Made by a program: the position numbers and the translations under genes
Assembly: GCF_006345805.1 (NCBI RefSeq)
Contig: NC_042997.1
Location: 126,480,001 to 126,544,000 of the forward strand
DNA: 64,000 nucleotides
Source: Octopus sinensis
Taxonomy: Eukaryota
Direction of reading: 5' to 3'
Notes under the pieces: generated by a model
The model's database searches: none
Told to the model about the DNA's origin: nothing
What the model saw: the letters and a program-made list of their open reading frames with translations, nothing else
Part shown: positions 28,123 to 40,879 of the stretch, piece after piece
How positions within the stretch are numbered: position 1 is the stretch's first letter
How the letters are laid out: every line of letters begins with the position of its first letter

Positions 28123-29269
28123 CATATATATGCACACACACACATACATATACATGCTTGTATCATGTATGTATATTTGTATTGTGCATGTATTTATGTG
28201 TGTGTGTAGATTTGCTTTTTAAGAAAGATGAACGACATCAAAGTTTTGCATCACACACACACACATTTTTTCCCCTTAATTTGCTGGTTTCAGTTATCAA
28301 ACTGAGGCCATGCTGTAGTACTGTATTCAATGGTTTTAGACTATTGTATTAACAGGATTCGTAATATAAGTAGTCACTTGAATTGTAAGAAGTAGCAGGG
28401 TTCTGGGTTCAGTCCCACTGTGTGACACCTTGGGTAAGTGTCTTCTACTATTGCGAGAAACTGATGAAAGCCTTATGAGTGGATTTGGTAGATGGAAACT
28501 GAAAGAAGCCTATCATTATATATGTATATATGTGTCTGTTGTGTGTGTACTAGTGTTGCTAGAGTGTGTGCTATCTGGAGCAGCCCTTCCATTTGCTGTC
28601 CCTGGACCTCACAAAAAACATAACTTGGCCTACAGCAGACCCAAAAGTGCTGTGTCTTTAAAAGTTCCACCTGGGGCGGACTGCCTCTACTGCTCCCACC
28701 TTCTATGCTAGTGTGTGTGTGTGTTTGTTTGCATCTTTGTCCCTCACCATCACTTGACAACTGGTGTTGGTGTGTTTACATCCCTATAACTTAGCAGCTC
28801 GGCTAAAGATCCTCAAAGATTAAGTAGTAGTCTTAAAAAAATGAAACTACAGGGGTTGATTCGTTTGAAGCAAGTGGAAAAAACAATTAATTATGGAGGA
28901 TGAACGCTAAGCAGTGAGAGGTGGAATTGCAATATTATTATCAATCCAAATACACTTGATGCACGTTTGGACTGGGAAACAAGCTACTCACTGCATTTGG
29001 TCATGGAGAATATAAAGGCAGCGACCTGACAGAAACGTTAGCATGCTGGGCGAAATGCTTTGTGGTATTAACGTTCATTGTTCATGCTGGCATTTGTTGG
29101 ATGGTTTGACCAGGGCTGGCAAGCTGAGTAGCTGCATCAGACTCCAGGCTGATCTGGCAGTGTTTCTACAGCTGGATGCCCTTCCTAATGCCAACCACTC
29201 CGAGAGTGTAGTGGGTGCTTTTTGTCTCCATAAAAAGAGGCAAAACTTATTTCCTGTCATATATATATA

Positions 29270-29590
29270 TATTGAGATCCCCTTTGGTCATGACTGACCA
29301 TGGGACTGCACCTAAAAAGTTACCCTCCCAGGCACAAATCCGAGCAAGGTTGTTTATGGAAAACCAGCAGTCACCCATGCATACCAGCCTCCCCTCTCCA
29401 CACCTCCAGTGTTATCCAAGGGAAAGGCAAAGGCCGATACAGCTCATTTCTACAGCTGAGTGAACTGGAGCAATGTGAAATAAAGTGTCTTGCTCAAGAA
29501 CACAACATACAGCTCAGTCCGAGATTCAAACTCCCAATCTCACAATCGTAAGCTTGATGCTCTAACCACTGAGCCATGCACCTTCACACA
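29270..29590 (-). mobile_element. tRNA-derived SINE with a central gtgttcttgagcaagacactttatttcacattgctccagttcactcagctg domain
   Basis: Reverse complement begins gtgaaggtgcatggctcagtggttagagcatcaagc...gtttgaatctcgg (tRNA-like). Confidence 0.7.
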
Positions 29591-29759
29591 CATATACATG
29601 CACACACACATATATATATAGAATATGAGGGGTTTAGTTCACTGGTGATCTAAATGAATAGGTACTTGGGGTAAGTGATATAATTGGTCATCCATTAGGT
29701 TCCAAGTTCACAGCTGAGGCTGGAGCCAGGGATGTGCAGTAGGCTTCTGAGTTAGCAGG

Positions 29760-30475
29760 TATATATTAGAGGAAAAAGGACAACAAAACCAAGGCAGGAT
29801 GCTTGTCTCAAGTCATTTAGAATATTTAATTAAAGTAAGGTGAATTTGAAGTAGTTAATTAATTAATTAGTTAATTAATTAATTAATACAGATGGGAGAA
29901 TTAAATTCCCAGCTCATCTTCTTCCAGAGGGTATGGAGGGTGGTCTCTACTTCCATAAAGGTATAGGTCCTTAAGTATAATTCCAGGTAAATCCAGGCAG
30001 TATTTCGGTGTTGTTTTTTTAAATGATGTGTTCATTCCTTCAATATGAGTGCAACATTCAAAATGCTGCCAAAATACTGCCTGAATTTACCTGGGATTAT
30101 ACTTAAGGATCTATGCGTTCATGGAAGTATTTACCACCCTCCATACCCTATGAATGAAGATGAGCTGTGAACTTTATTCTCCTGTCTCTATTCTTCTATC
30201 TACAGCTTTAGTCTTTATTCTTATATCTCCTATTTTATTCTTTTGTACACTGTGAATTCTCTGTCTAGAACTTTCCTATATGCTCACCTTGTCTCTAATC
30301 ACAGAGTACTCAGTGTGTGGAGATGCAAACTTATCACTTGAGATAGCCCAGAAACAGCTGTAAGATTCCAGTTAATTAATTATTTCAAGTTCACCTTACT
30401 CAAATTACGTATTCTAAATGACTTGAGACACTCGTCCTTCCTAGGTTTTATTGTCCTTTTCCTCTAAGATATATA
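29760..30475. repeat. ~715-bp foldback element with nested outer and inner inverted arms
   Basis: Outer arms ~29760-29880 and ~30370-30475, inner arms ~29894-30013 and ~30068-30182, pair as reverse complements; flanked by TA runs. Confidence 0.85.
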
Positions 30476-30670
30476 TGTATATTTATGAATTGAATATTGA
30501 ATCTCAAGACCCCGTTCAGGGGTGTTTGTACCTGATATTCCTGCTGTGTGTGCAGACAAAGCAACACAGCTAAGTGATGACATCCACTCTTGGTAATTCA
30601 GTCACATACTTTTTATAAAGGTACTTTCTGTAGTATTTCCAAAGTGCAGATTCCAAGTTAGGTGAATAAA

Positions 30671-31145
30671 ATATGAATGAGTAACAAAGATGTACAGGTG
30701 TCAATTCATTATGGCCATTTCAAGTGACTCCTTTAATTGATTAATGAAAATCAGTGCCACCTTGACTGGCTCTGAGCCAGTGGCACGTAAAAAGCACCAA
30801 CCGAGCGTGGCCATTGCCAGCTTCCCCTGGCCCCTGTGCTGGTGGCCCGTAAAAAGCATCCACTACACTCACGGAGTGGTTGGCGTTAGGAAGGGCATCC
30901 AGCTGTAGAAAAACTGTCAGATCAGACTGGAGCCTGGTGCAGCCTCCTGGCTTCCCAAATCCCGGTCGAACCGTCCAACCCATGCTAGCATGGAAATGGA
31001 CGTTAAACGATGATGATGATGATGACATCATTTGAAAGAAACAGTTTCTTTCAAACGATGTAATGTCTTCATTAATCAATTAAAGGAGTCACTTGAAATG
31101 GCCATAATGAATTGACACCTGTACATTTTTGTTACTCATTCATAT
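30671..31145. repeat. Palindromic MITE-like element with 78-bp arms (77/78 identical), interrupted by a SINE
   Basis: 30671-30748 is the reverse complement of 31068-31145 with one mismatch; central hairpin tttgaaagaaac-a-gtttctttcaaa. Confidence 0.9.
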
Positions 31146-31167
31146 AGATACATGTATACACACGCGT

Positions 31168-31204
<37 letters not shown>

Positions 31205-31316
31205 TATATATATATATAGTTAGGGAGAGTTTACGAAAAAAACAAAAGACGAAGACAGGTGGTGTACAAAACAAACAGATGTATGTATTAGTATAATGCT
31301 CAGGAATAGAAAAAGT

Positions 31317-31352
31317 CTTTTACGTTTCGAGCCTACGCTCTTCTACAGAAAG
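31317..31352 (-). ncRNA. Minimal hammerhead-like motif with variant core CUGUAGA in a PLE pseudo-LTR copy (~31224-31410)
   Basis: Reverse complement: cttt CTGTAGA a gagc-gtag-gctc GAAA C GT A aaag. Confidence 0.5.
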
Positions 31353-31956
31353 GGACACAGAAAACAAGGAGAGAAACAAGGAGAGAAAGAAATGTGTGTA
31401 GTGGCTAACCATCTATCATGGTGCCTGTGTATATATATAGTTACATATATGCACTTTAAAACCAAAGTTTGAAAATAAATTTTCAATTTCTGTAAGTTAT
31501 CAAATAACAGGTGTTTTTCCACGAGAGTAAGGAAGAATCCTCAAGCAAACTCATGTTAAAAGTTATCTATAATATCACTGAAGACATGTGATAACACATA
31601 TTGATCTATTATCATATGTTTGCATACAGCTGTTTTAATATTGAACCAACACCAGTAACATATATTTGCTATGTATATGCGATAATGAAATAAATAAACA
31701 TAAGTGACTCAGATGGATAATAACACCAGAAGAAAACATAAGCAGCCTGCTTTGTAGAATCAGACATTTAACTAACTTCATAAGGTGTAAGATGAATAAG
31801 TTCAGAGCATTTAAAATTATAGCTTATGAAAAAATTTACAAAATGTATGGAGACTATGCTCTAAATCTTCGGGAGAAAATGAATAACTTTAAAGCATGAA
31901 CTTAAAATTTGGAGAGAAAAGCTGTTACCTGAAAAGGGGGGGGGGCAAAAAAGTGC

Positions 31957-32215
31957 CTATGTGGTGCCATGTAAAAGGGCCAATGTGGAGTCAAGTAAAA
32001 GTGTCCATATGGTGCCATGTAAAAGGGCCAATGTGTAGTCATGTAAAAGTGTCCATGTGGAGTCAAGTAAAAGTGTCCATGTAGTGCCATGTAAAAGGGC
32101 CAATGTGGAGTGATGTATAAGTGCCAATGTGGAGTCATGTAAAAGTGCCCATGTGGTGCCATGTAAAAGGGCCAATGTGGAGTCATGTAAAAGGGCCAAT
32201 GTGGAGTCAAGTAAA
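31957..32215 (+). repeat. Same ~22-bp minisatellite, ~12 units, without a SINE body
   Basis: Units of gtggtgccatgtaaaagggccaat / gtggagtcatgtaaaagtgtccat. Confidence 0.9.
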
Positions 32216-33389
32216 ACAGAATGAACTGAGATTAGCCATAAGTTTGACTTTTACTCTACAAGGTCTTCTTGAATGGTTGTCATAGCTGAAGGAAAGTATA
32301 AGAGGAGACAAGACCTTGGTATCTTCAGGAATAAGGCCTTGCTTGATATGCAAGAAAGGACTCAGTATAAATGCCATGAATTGTACTCAGGGCCATATCT
32401 AAAAGAAAACACCCAACTGATCAGCAAAAATGCATTTATCTACAAAGCACACGAATGGCTGTGTAGTAAGAAGTTTGCTTCCCAACTACATGGTTCTGGG
32501 TTCAGCCCTACTGATGTTCTATTTTCTTTGTAGTAGCCCACAAATCACTTGCATATAAGAGCACAAGTAGGATGATACTCAGACACTACAACATATATAT
32601 ATAGGCACAGGAGTGGCTGTGTGGTAAGTAGCTTCCTTACCAACCACATGGTTCCAGGTTCATTCCCACTGCATGGCACCTTGGGCAAGTGTCTTCTACT
32701 ATAGCCTCAGGCCAATCAAAGCCTTGTGAGTGGATTTAGTAAACGGCAACTGAAAGAAACATATTATTGTGTGTGTGTGTGTGTGTGTGATTGCATATGA
32801 TTTTATCCCTCACTACAACTGATGTTGGTGAGCTTACATCCTTGTAGCTTAGGGGTAAAATAAGTAGCAGGCCTTACAAAAAAGAAGGATTAAGTACAAG
32901 GGTTGATTTTCCTACTAAAATTCTTCAAGGCACTGCTCCAGTATGGCAGCTGTCTAATAACTGAAACAAGTAAAAGATAGAAAAATACAAGATAAATATT
33001 CATTTATCATGGTCTCACTATTTCCCCTCACTCTGTGCTTCTATTACAATGGTTTCTGATCCTGTGAACTAGTTAGTTGCATTACCTTTCCTTCCAAAAC
33101 TATCCTGCCTTTTGTCTCAAGATATCTTGGATGGAAGCAGTATCCAAAACTGAGTTTTAAATCTCCTCCATCGACCTTTCTCTTACTTCATTTCAGCTGT
33201 GGTTCCTCTCCAAGACTTTACAGAAAACAGTTTCCCAGTCCTTGCCAACCACCACCTCCAGAACTGTTACCTTCTGGAATTATGCTCCCCCTAATGATTT
33301 ATTTTGAGATATTGCTGAACAGATGTTTAATTTGGCCATCAACTGCATTGCTCTTAACAGTCTCGGGGGGTGGGCATGAATATGGGAGA

Positions 33390-33740
33390 GTAATTTGCTT
33401 AGGGCCAGCGTCGCCTTACTGGCACTTGTACCGGTGGCATGTGAAAAAACATTCAAGTGAGGTCGTTGCCAGTGCCGCTGGACTGATTCCTGTGCAGGTG
33501 GCACGTAAAAAACATTGTTTGAGCATGGCCATTGCCAATACCGCCTGACTGGCCCTCATGCCGGTGGCACGTAAAAGTATTCACTACACTCTCGGAGTGG
33601 TTGGCGTTAGGAAGGGCATCCAGCTGTAGAAACTCTGCCAGATCAAGATTGGAGCCTGGTGCAGCCATCTGGTTCGCCAGTCCTCAGTCAAATCGTCCAA
33701 CCCATGCTAGCATGGAAAGCGGACGTTAAACGATGATGAT
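33390..33740 (+). mobile_element. SINE family C (RTE-like 3' tail ttggcgttaggaagggcatccagctgtagaaa, (GAT)n end, internal ~45-50-bp tandem units); representative copy
   Basis: Other + copies at ~4975-5195, 10085-10285, 20460-20660, 30749-31025, 36600-36790, 47340-47545 and 58500-58655. Confidence 0.88.
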
Positions 33741-34892
33741 AATAATTTGCTTAGCGGGTGCAACCCAGTTTTTCAAGAGGATATTGAAAACATTTCCACT
33801 GCCTTGCAAAAATTTTAGGGAAAGCACTTGTACCCCCTGCACCTCTGGTACCTCTTGTTGCTGATCCTATGTTGAAGGGCTCACAAAGAGGATGGCCAAT
33901 GAAGAAATTAACCAAAGGGAGCTAACTAGAAACATAGTTTATTTAAAACATTAATTAATACATTAAAAAAAAAAATCATCAAGAATCTTTAAATTCAGTC
34001 ATTGCTAATATCATGATTATTATTCTTCAGCTTACATTAACACAATACTTTGCAAATCATGAAATATTTTTTCGAAATCTTTACATTAAACAATGTGCTG
34101 AATGCTTTTTGTTCCTGATTCATCTGACAAACAATGCAAATGCTTAATTGAAAAGTAATGTTATATTTTTTTCAAATGTAACTTCAATTCTTTGACAAAG
34201 CAATGTTCTATGTTAAGTAAATAAATATCTTTTGGTTTTTGACAATGAATATTCCATCTGTTTGATCATCTGACTTATCTATTTTTTGAGTTGTGTCTAA
34301 CTGGTTGAGTATCTCAAAGACATGTGTAACCTTAATGTAATTCTCAATGTGAATCAGCTAAATACAATATGTAAATATTGCTGACTCTTTGAATTAAAAG
34401 AACAATTCATTCACTAGGCTTTCTTACAGTTTCCATATACCAATTTCAAGATTCCACTTTTTAGCTACTTGACTATACCAGCATCCATCATCATCACCAT
34501 AGACACCACAATGGCAATAATGACAATTATAACAACAGCAAAGTTGATGACAACATAGATAATGATGATGACCACTACCACCATCATCATCCTCCTCATC
34601 TTCATCATCATCATCTTCCTCTTCCTCATTGCTTTAACATCTATTTCTTCATGCTTGCATGACTGAGACTTTTTTTTATCTATGGCCCAATGTTCTTCCT
34701 GTTGCTAACCCTCACCAGCAAGGTAATATTTTCCCTCTAGTCTAGACATGTTTACAGAAGATTGCAGACAAAGGACAATGCTTTTATGTTGGTGACATTT
34801 ACAATTATCACATGATGTTGTGACAAAGACACACATACACACGCACGCACTTGCACACACACACACACACACGTACACACGTACACAAACGA

Positions 34893-34924
<32 letters not shown>

Positions 34925-35204
34925 ACGCTTGCTGAGCTTCTTTTCAGTTTCCTCCCATTTTTTACCAAATTCTGTCATAAATCTTTGATTAGCTCTGCAC
35001 TATAATAGAAGACACTTGTCCTAGGTGCTACACAGTGGGACGGAACCTGAAACGAGGAGGTTGCAAAATGAGCTTCTTTACCACCCAGCCTTGCCTAGGT
35101 CTATATAAAGGAACTTTAGATTCATCTTGAAAATTAAAACTCAAACTTTGTGATCAATGTGGGTTTGTTCTGTTTACTTTTTTCTTCACATCTCATTTAT
35201 ATTG

Positions 35205-35655
35205 TAATAATAATAATAATAATGAAATTATTGTATACAGTGCTCAGGTGCACCACAACTTGTTAGAAGTGTGTATAAAGCATATGCAGTAATGTACAAA
35301 TGTCTGGAAAGTGAACAGTGAATGAGTCAGATACATGTTTGCGTGTGTATGGAGGGGAGAAAATCAGGTGTAGTGTTGGCAAATCTCAGGAAGCATGGAA
35401 GTTTTGAAGGATGCAGTGCTCTGACAACTAACAACTGATGCCAGCAGTTTGTTCCATACATCAGCAAGTCTTAGCATGAAAAAATGTTTCCGAAAGTCAT
35501 GGGAGCTGTGCTGTTTTCTGACTTTGTAAACATGTCCACGGGTTTTAGACAGGTGGAGTTTGAAAAGGTGCTCAGAGTTATTGTTAGTAAGATGGTTAAT
35601 AATTTTATGGTGTCTACCAAGTCAGCTGCCAGATGCCAGAGTTTCAATGTATCCC
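35205..35655 (-). mobile_element. 3' fragment of the same CR1/L2-type LINE family
   Basis: Reverse complement matches ~9250-9700, including the 3' UTR and (AAT)n tail. Confidence 0.85.
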
Positions 35656-36074
35656 AGTTCCTTTCAGATATTAGTATTATACATTAATATTATCAATTCA
35701 ACATTAATATTATCAATTCAAACATTAATCCAGACACATTTTTTAACTCTTTCCGTTTTATTCCTTTTCTGCATTTGTTTTTTACCTGATTCCTTTGTGT
35801 AGAAAAGCACAAGCTTGGAACATCAGAAATGCTTCAGTTTTACCTGAGTGTCAAACTAATACATTTTGTTTGTTGTTCCCTCACCTGGCTCTGTCTTCTG
35901 CTTATTGTACAATTTTGAACTACATTACACATGATAATGGTTTCAAATTTTGGTACAAGGCCAGCAATTTTAAGAGTGGTGCCTGGCACCTTGTTGCACT
36001 CAAGAAGACCTGTACTCCACAGCAGAAGTGTTAAAACTACTCCCTTGTGGCAGTGTTACATAATAGTGTCCATC

Positions 36075-36610
36075 TGGTGTCATGTAAAAATTTCCTAGTG
36101 ATGCCACATAAAAGTGCCTATGTGGTGCTATGTAAAAGTGCCAATGTGGAGTCATGTAAAAGGACTAATGTGGAGTCAAGTAAAAGTGCCTATGTTGAGC
36201 TATGTAAAAGTGTCTGTGTGGTGCCATGTAAAAGTGCCAATAGGGAGTCATATAAAAGTGCCCATGTGATGCCATGTAAAAGCACCAGTGTGGAGTCACG
36301 TAAAAGTGCACATGTGGTACCATGTAAAAGGGTCAATGTGGTGTCACATATAAGTGCCCATATGGTACCATGTAAAAGGGCCAATGTGGAGCCATGTAAA
36401 AGTGTCCATGTGGTGCCATGTAAAAGTTCCCATGTAGTGCTATGTAAAAGTGCCTGTGGGGTGCCATGTAAAAATGCCAATGTGGAGTCACGTAAAAGTA
36501 CCTGTGTGGTGCCATGTAAAAGTGCAAGTGTAAAAGTGCCCATGTGGTGCCATGTAAAAGCGTCTGTGTGGAGCCATGTAAAAGTGTCCATGTGGTGCCA
36601 TGTAAAAGCA
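36075..36610 (+). repeat. ~22-bp minisatellite (gtggtgccatgtaaaagtgccaat-like), ~24 units
   Basis: Tandem units run directly into the body of a family C SINE. Confidence 0.9.
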
Positions 36611-37008
36611 CCCAGCACACTCTGTAAAGTGGTTGGTGTTAGGAATGGTATCCAGCCATAGAAACCATGCCTCAACAGACAACTGGAGTCTGGTGCAGCC
36701 TTCCAGCTTGCCAGCTCTGGTCAAACCATCCAACCCATGCCAGCATGAACAATGGACGTTAAATGATGATGATGATGATGATGATGATGAGGGTAAGCTG
36801 ATTACATTATCCCCACTATTCGTCTGATACTTATTTTAACAACCTGGAAAGAATGAAAAAAAACATCAACCTTGGTGAGATTTGAACCCAGAACATGGAG
36901 AGGAGAAAGAAATAATGCCATCTATGCATTTTGTCTGACTCATTAATGACCATACCAGTTTCCCACCTTAGTATTACATATAATAATAGTGAAAACTGGT
37001 CGTTATTG

Positions 37009-37080
37009 TAGTTGGCAGTATAGTGGTAACTATCTCCAATAGTGATACAGGAGACTGGGGTTCAATTCCTTGCCAGGCAA
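37009..37080 (+). pseudogene. tRNA pseudogene or solitary tRNA-derived head (Asp/His/Gly-type body, nominal anticodon GTG)
   Basis: agtatagtggt...ggagactggggttcaattcc aligns with tRNA-Asp at correct spacing over 72 nt; anticodon and acceptor stems are mispaired. Confidence 0.55.
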
Positions 37081-37673
37081 ATATTTTGCAACCAAGTGGT
37101 TTTGAAACAAACTTTTAACCACATAGCCATCTAAAAGGCTTTCTACTAAATTAAACTCAACAGTCTGTGTTTTAGACATTCTACTTGAATTGGTTTCTGT
37201 CATTAAGTGTAGAAATCTATACTTAATTGAATAATTGCTTGGCATATTTGCAGTTCCTGATGGGAAAATTATTGCCAGAATTTACTGCTCTCTATTGCTT
37301 GGCAATATTTTTAGAAGAATTCTGCTCTTTAGAATAAAAATATTGAAATGATTAATTATCCATTTCCAGGATTATTCTTTCTTGAATTTAATCATGCATT
37401 TGAAGAAATCAAAGAAACAAAAATATTTATCATCATCATCATCATCATCATTGTTGCTGTCGCCGTCGCCATCGCCATCGCCGTCGCCATCGTTGTCATC
37501 ATCGTCGTCGTTGTCGTCGTCGTCATCATCATCATCATCATCACCAAGGTGGTAAGCTGGCAGAATTGTTAGCACACTAGGTAAAGTGCTTAGCAACATT
37601 CTGTCATTCTTTACATTCTGAGTTCAAACTCTACCAAACTTCACTCTGCCTTTCATCCTTTTGGGGTTGATAA

Positions 37674-37715
<42 letters not shown>

Positions 37716-37726
37716 TATTATTATTA

Positions 37727-37775
<49 letters not shown>
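37674..37775. repeat. (AAT)n directly followed by (TAT)n: an inverted microsatellite
   Basis: AAT run 37674-37714 abuts TAT run 37715-37775. Confidence 0.92.
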
Positions 37776-37779
<4 letters not shown>

Positions 37780-38220
37780 TCACTGCCTGGAATCAGACTA
37801 AGAATCTTGGGGTTAGTAGCGTGTGCTCTTAACCATTATGCCATATGCCCGCGGGCATATGGCATAATGGTTAAGCCCAATATACCCATCATGACAACCC
37901 GTCTGATAAGGGCACACCAGGCACATGCATCACAGCCATATGTACGCCACAGGGTGATCTCATATCAAGATAAACAGTGCATGATCTTGCAGATGGGGCC
38001 CAATTAGAATTTTCTTTAGGTTAAGTAGCCTATCCTGCTCAAAAGGTCCTTGAATAAGGGTTGTTTAAATATGTAGAATGAAACACCCATGTTTCCAGAA
38101 GTGAATTATTCAAACCCCATAGAATTCCTTTCAGCACATGGCTATGATGCTCCTCCACTACTTCTGCTTGTGATCAGAGATGCACATATCATCAGTACCT
38201 GGTAATTCATTAGGGCAATG

Positions 38221-38457
38221 TCTGGTACTGCATCAGGGCAGCACCTGGTACTGCATCAGGGCAGCACCTGGTACTACATCAGGGCAAGTGCCTGGTACTA
38301 CATCAGGGCAAGTGCTTGGTACTGCATCAAGGCAAGTGCCTGGTACTGCATCAGGGCAGCACCTGGTACAGCATCAGGGCCTGGTACTACATCAGGGCAG
38401 CACCTGGTACTGTATCAGGGCCTGGTACTACATCAGGGCAAGTGCTTGGTACTGCCA
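38221..38457 (+). repeat. ~20-bp minisatellite cctggtactgcatcagggca(g/a)
   Basis: About 12 units directly after a family E fragment. Confidence 0.88.
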
Positions 38458-40879
38458 TAGGGGATGGAGTGGAGGTTTGCTACTGATCAGGGATGAGAAA
38501 TAAGGGAAAGAGAAAGAGAAAGATTTTCAGTATTGGTGGAGGGGATGGGTGCACTGCAAATAAACCAACCATGGATCTCGTACATGGGGACAAACAGAAG
38601 ACAGTCTTAGGCAAGGCATCCAGTGGGAGAAAATCTGCCTCATTGAATTCCATCTGACCCAGGCAAGCAAGATAAAGTCAACTTCAAAGTGATGATGATG
38701 GTGATATTATAGAGAACAACTTTGCCATTCATCATTCTAGTCTTAGTAGAATAAATCACCAATTAAAGAATGATATATTCAACAGTATTCTGTGTGTCTG
38801 TAGTAGGATTCATTACTGCTGTAGTCTCTGTCAGTTATTTTTAACAATATGTATTGAAGCAACAATATGGATTACCTTTGAAAATAGTATTGCTTATTCT
38901 ACACAAGCTAAAAATGTTAGCTATACACATTTTCCCATGACAACAATGAAAAGTGCTTAATTTTTAAAAATCTTTTTTTTTAAGAATCCCAAGAGGAAGT
39001 CTAATTGAAGAATTTGTAATCTGAAATGTGGTTAGTCATTAATAGTAAATCTGTTAATCTGTGTCACGTTGCAGTAGTAGAATGTTTGGTGAACAGATAC
39101 AGAGCTGCAGATTGATATTTTCATAGCTGTATCAATGTTTTTTTGGAAATGCTGGCTGTGTGGTAAGTAGCTTGCTTATGAATTACATGGCACCTTGGGC
39201 AAATGTCTTCTACTATAGCCTTGGGCTGACCAAAACCTTGTGAGTGGATTTGGTAGATGAAAACTGAAAGAAGCCTGTCGTATGTATATATATATATATT
39301 AGAAGATTTGGAGATGATGTACAGGTATTTTATATTAGAAGAAATGAAGCACTCAGAAATTCGGATGGTTTTATATTTACAGATATTTATTTGTATATTA
39401 CATGTTTTTATACATCATATATCATATGTCATATATCATATATTAGTGCTTTTGCCCATTCTAGTGGAGTCGTCAAATTGAACTGTATATATATACATAT
39501 ATATATATATGTATGTGTGTGTGTATATGTTTGTGTGTCTGTGTTTGTCTCTCCAACATCACTTGACAACTGATGCTGGTGTGTTTACGTCTCCCGTAAC
39601 TTAGCAGTTCGGCAAAAGAGACCAATAGAATAAGTACTAGGCTTCCAAAGAATAAGTCCTGGGGGTCAATGTGCTCGACAAAAGGTGGTGCTCCAGCATA
39701 ACCACAGTCAAATGACTGAAACAAGTAAAAGAGCAAAAGAGTATACTTAAGCAACTCATTGATAGGCGTGTATATAATTACATATATACGTGTGTGTGTG
39801 TATCACATATATGCACACATATATATTCATATGTGCATATGCACATATACATATACATGTATGTTTGTGTATATATTTTTATATTTGATGTATATGTAAA
39901 CACACACATACACACACACATATGTATGTATGTATGTATATGTTATATACGTGTGTTTGTGTGCATGAAAGTGTACATATATACTTACAGACGTGGGGTA
40001 ACGAGGGCATGACATTTGTGAAGTTGTGAATGGAGATTAAAGGACCCTAATGAATCTAGCTGATTAATTGATTAACCAAATGATTAATCAAACTATTGAA
40101 TAGTTAATTGATTAATGGTTAACTAGTTAACTAGAATCAGAACATGTTTCTTATTGACACAATGAATGACCCTTCTGAGATACAACAATATATATATGCA
40201 TATTCTTGGCATATAGTTTCAAGTCATCCACAAAGAAGTAGTGTGTAATTTTGGTTAATCTGTTTCCTTGTGAACCAGTGATATATACTTCATGTATGTC
40301 ATTATTCAGTTTATTTCAAGATTTCATGCCAATAGAGAAAGAACCAATTTCTAACCTAGATCCAAGGCTCCTTCATTGGAATTTCAACATCAACAACAGG
40401 GTATTTTGCTTGTGTGTATGTATGTATATATGTATGTATGTATATGCAGATATGTATGTTTTATGTATGTATTCTCATGCATATAGTTGCATATCTAGAC
40501 ATGCTCATATATATTTAAATGATAAACTTCTGGAAAGTTTTACAGATTTCTATATTTCCAGTGGTGGATTGGATCTGTAGTCAAATGACTGAAACAAGTG
40601 AAAGAGTAAAAGAGTAAAGAGTAATGTCTGATGACTGTTAACTTATCTTGCCATACCTGGAAGCCTCTTAAACATGAAACCATTTTCTGATTTTAATTAT
40701 CTTTCAGTTTTCTAAATTCCTCTCAGTTTTGCATTGTGTTTTAAAAGTAAACTTTAATTAATTATTTTAGAGGTCTCAATATTCACAAGGTTATATGTTA
40801 AAATATTATTCCAGTTCTTAAATCAATTGTACTAATTTCCTCTAGTTTGTATATTACAACATTAATTAATGGTGTGAAT

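Noticed and set aside
28915-29010. Frame reading LDARLDWETSYSLHLV, vaguely cadherin-like
   Set aside because: No splice sites, no DxNDN or other cadherin motifs, and an upstream stop.
30520-30593. Plus-strand exon candidate VFVPDIPAVCADKATQLSDDIHS
   Set aside because: Poor polypyrimidine tract; fits only the less likely frame of exon 4151; short enough to be chance.
33960-34420. Possible hAT transposase relic on the minus strand (YLAD-like)
   Set aside because: Too decayed; a single short motif is insufficient.
31957-36610. Regularly spaced 22-bp repeats superficially like a CRISPR array
   Set aside because: Units are contiguous and degenerate with no unique spacers or cas genes, in a eukaryotic context.
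36047-36733. 204-aa repetitive Cys/Lys ORF and antisense ORFs (also 31896-32210, 38180-38503, 5559-5924)
   Set aside because: They lie entirely within minisatellites, several frames are open, and there are no splice or start signals.
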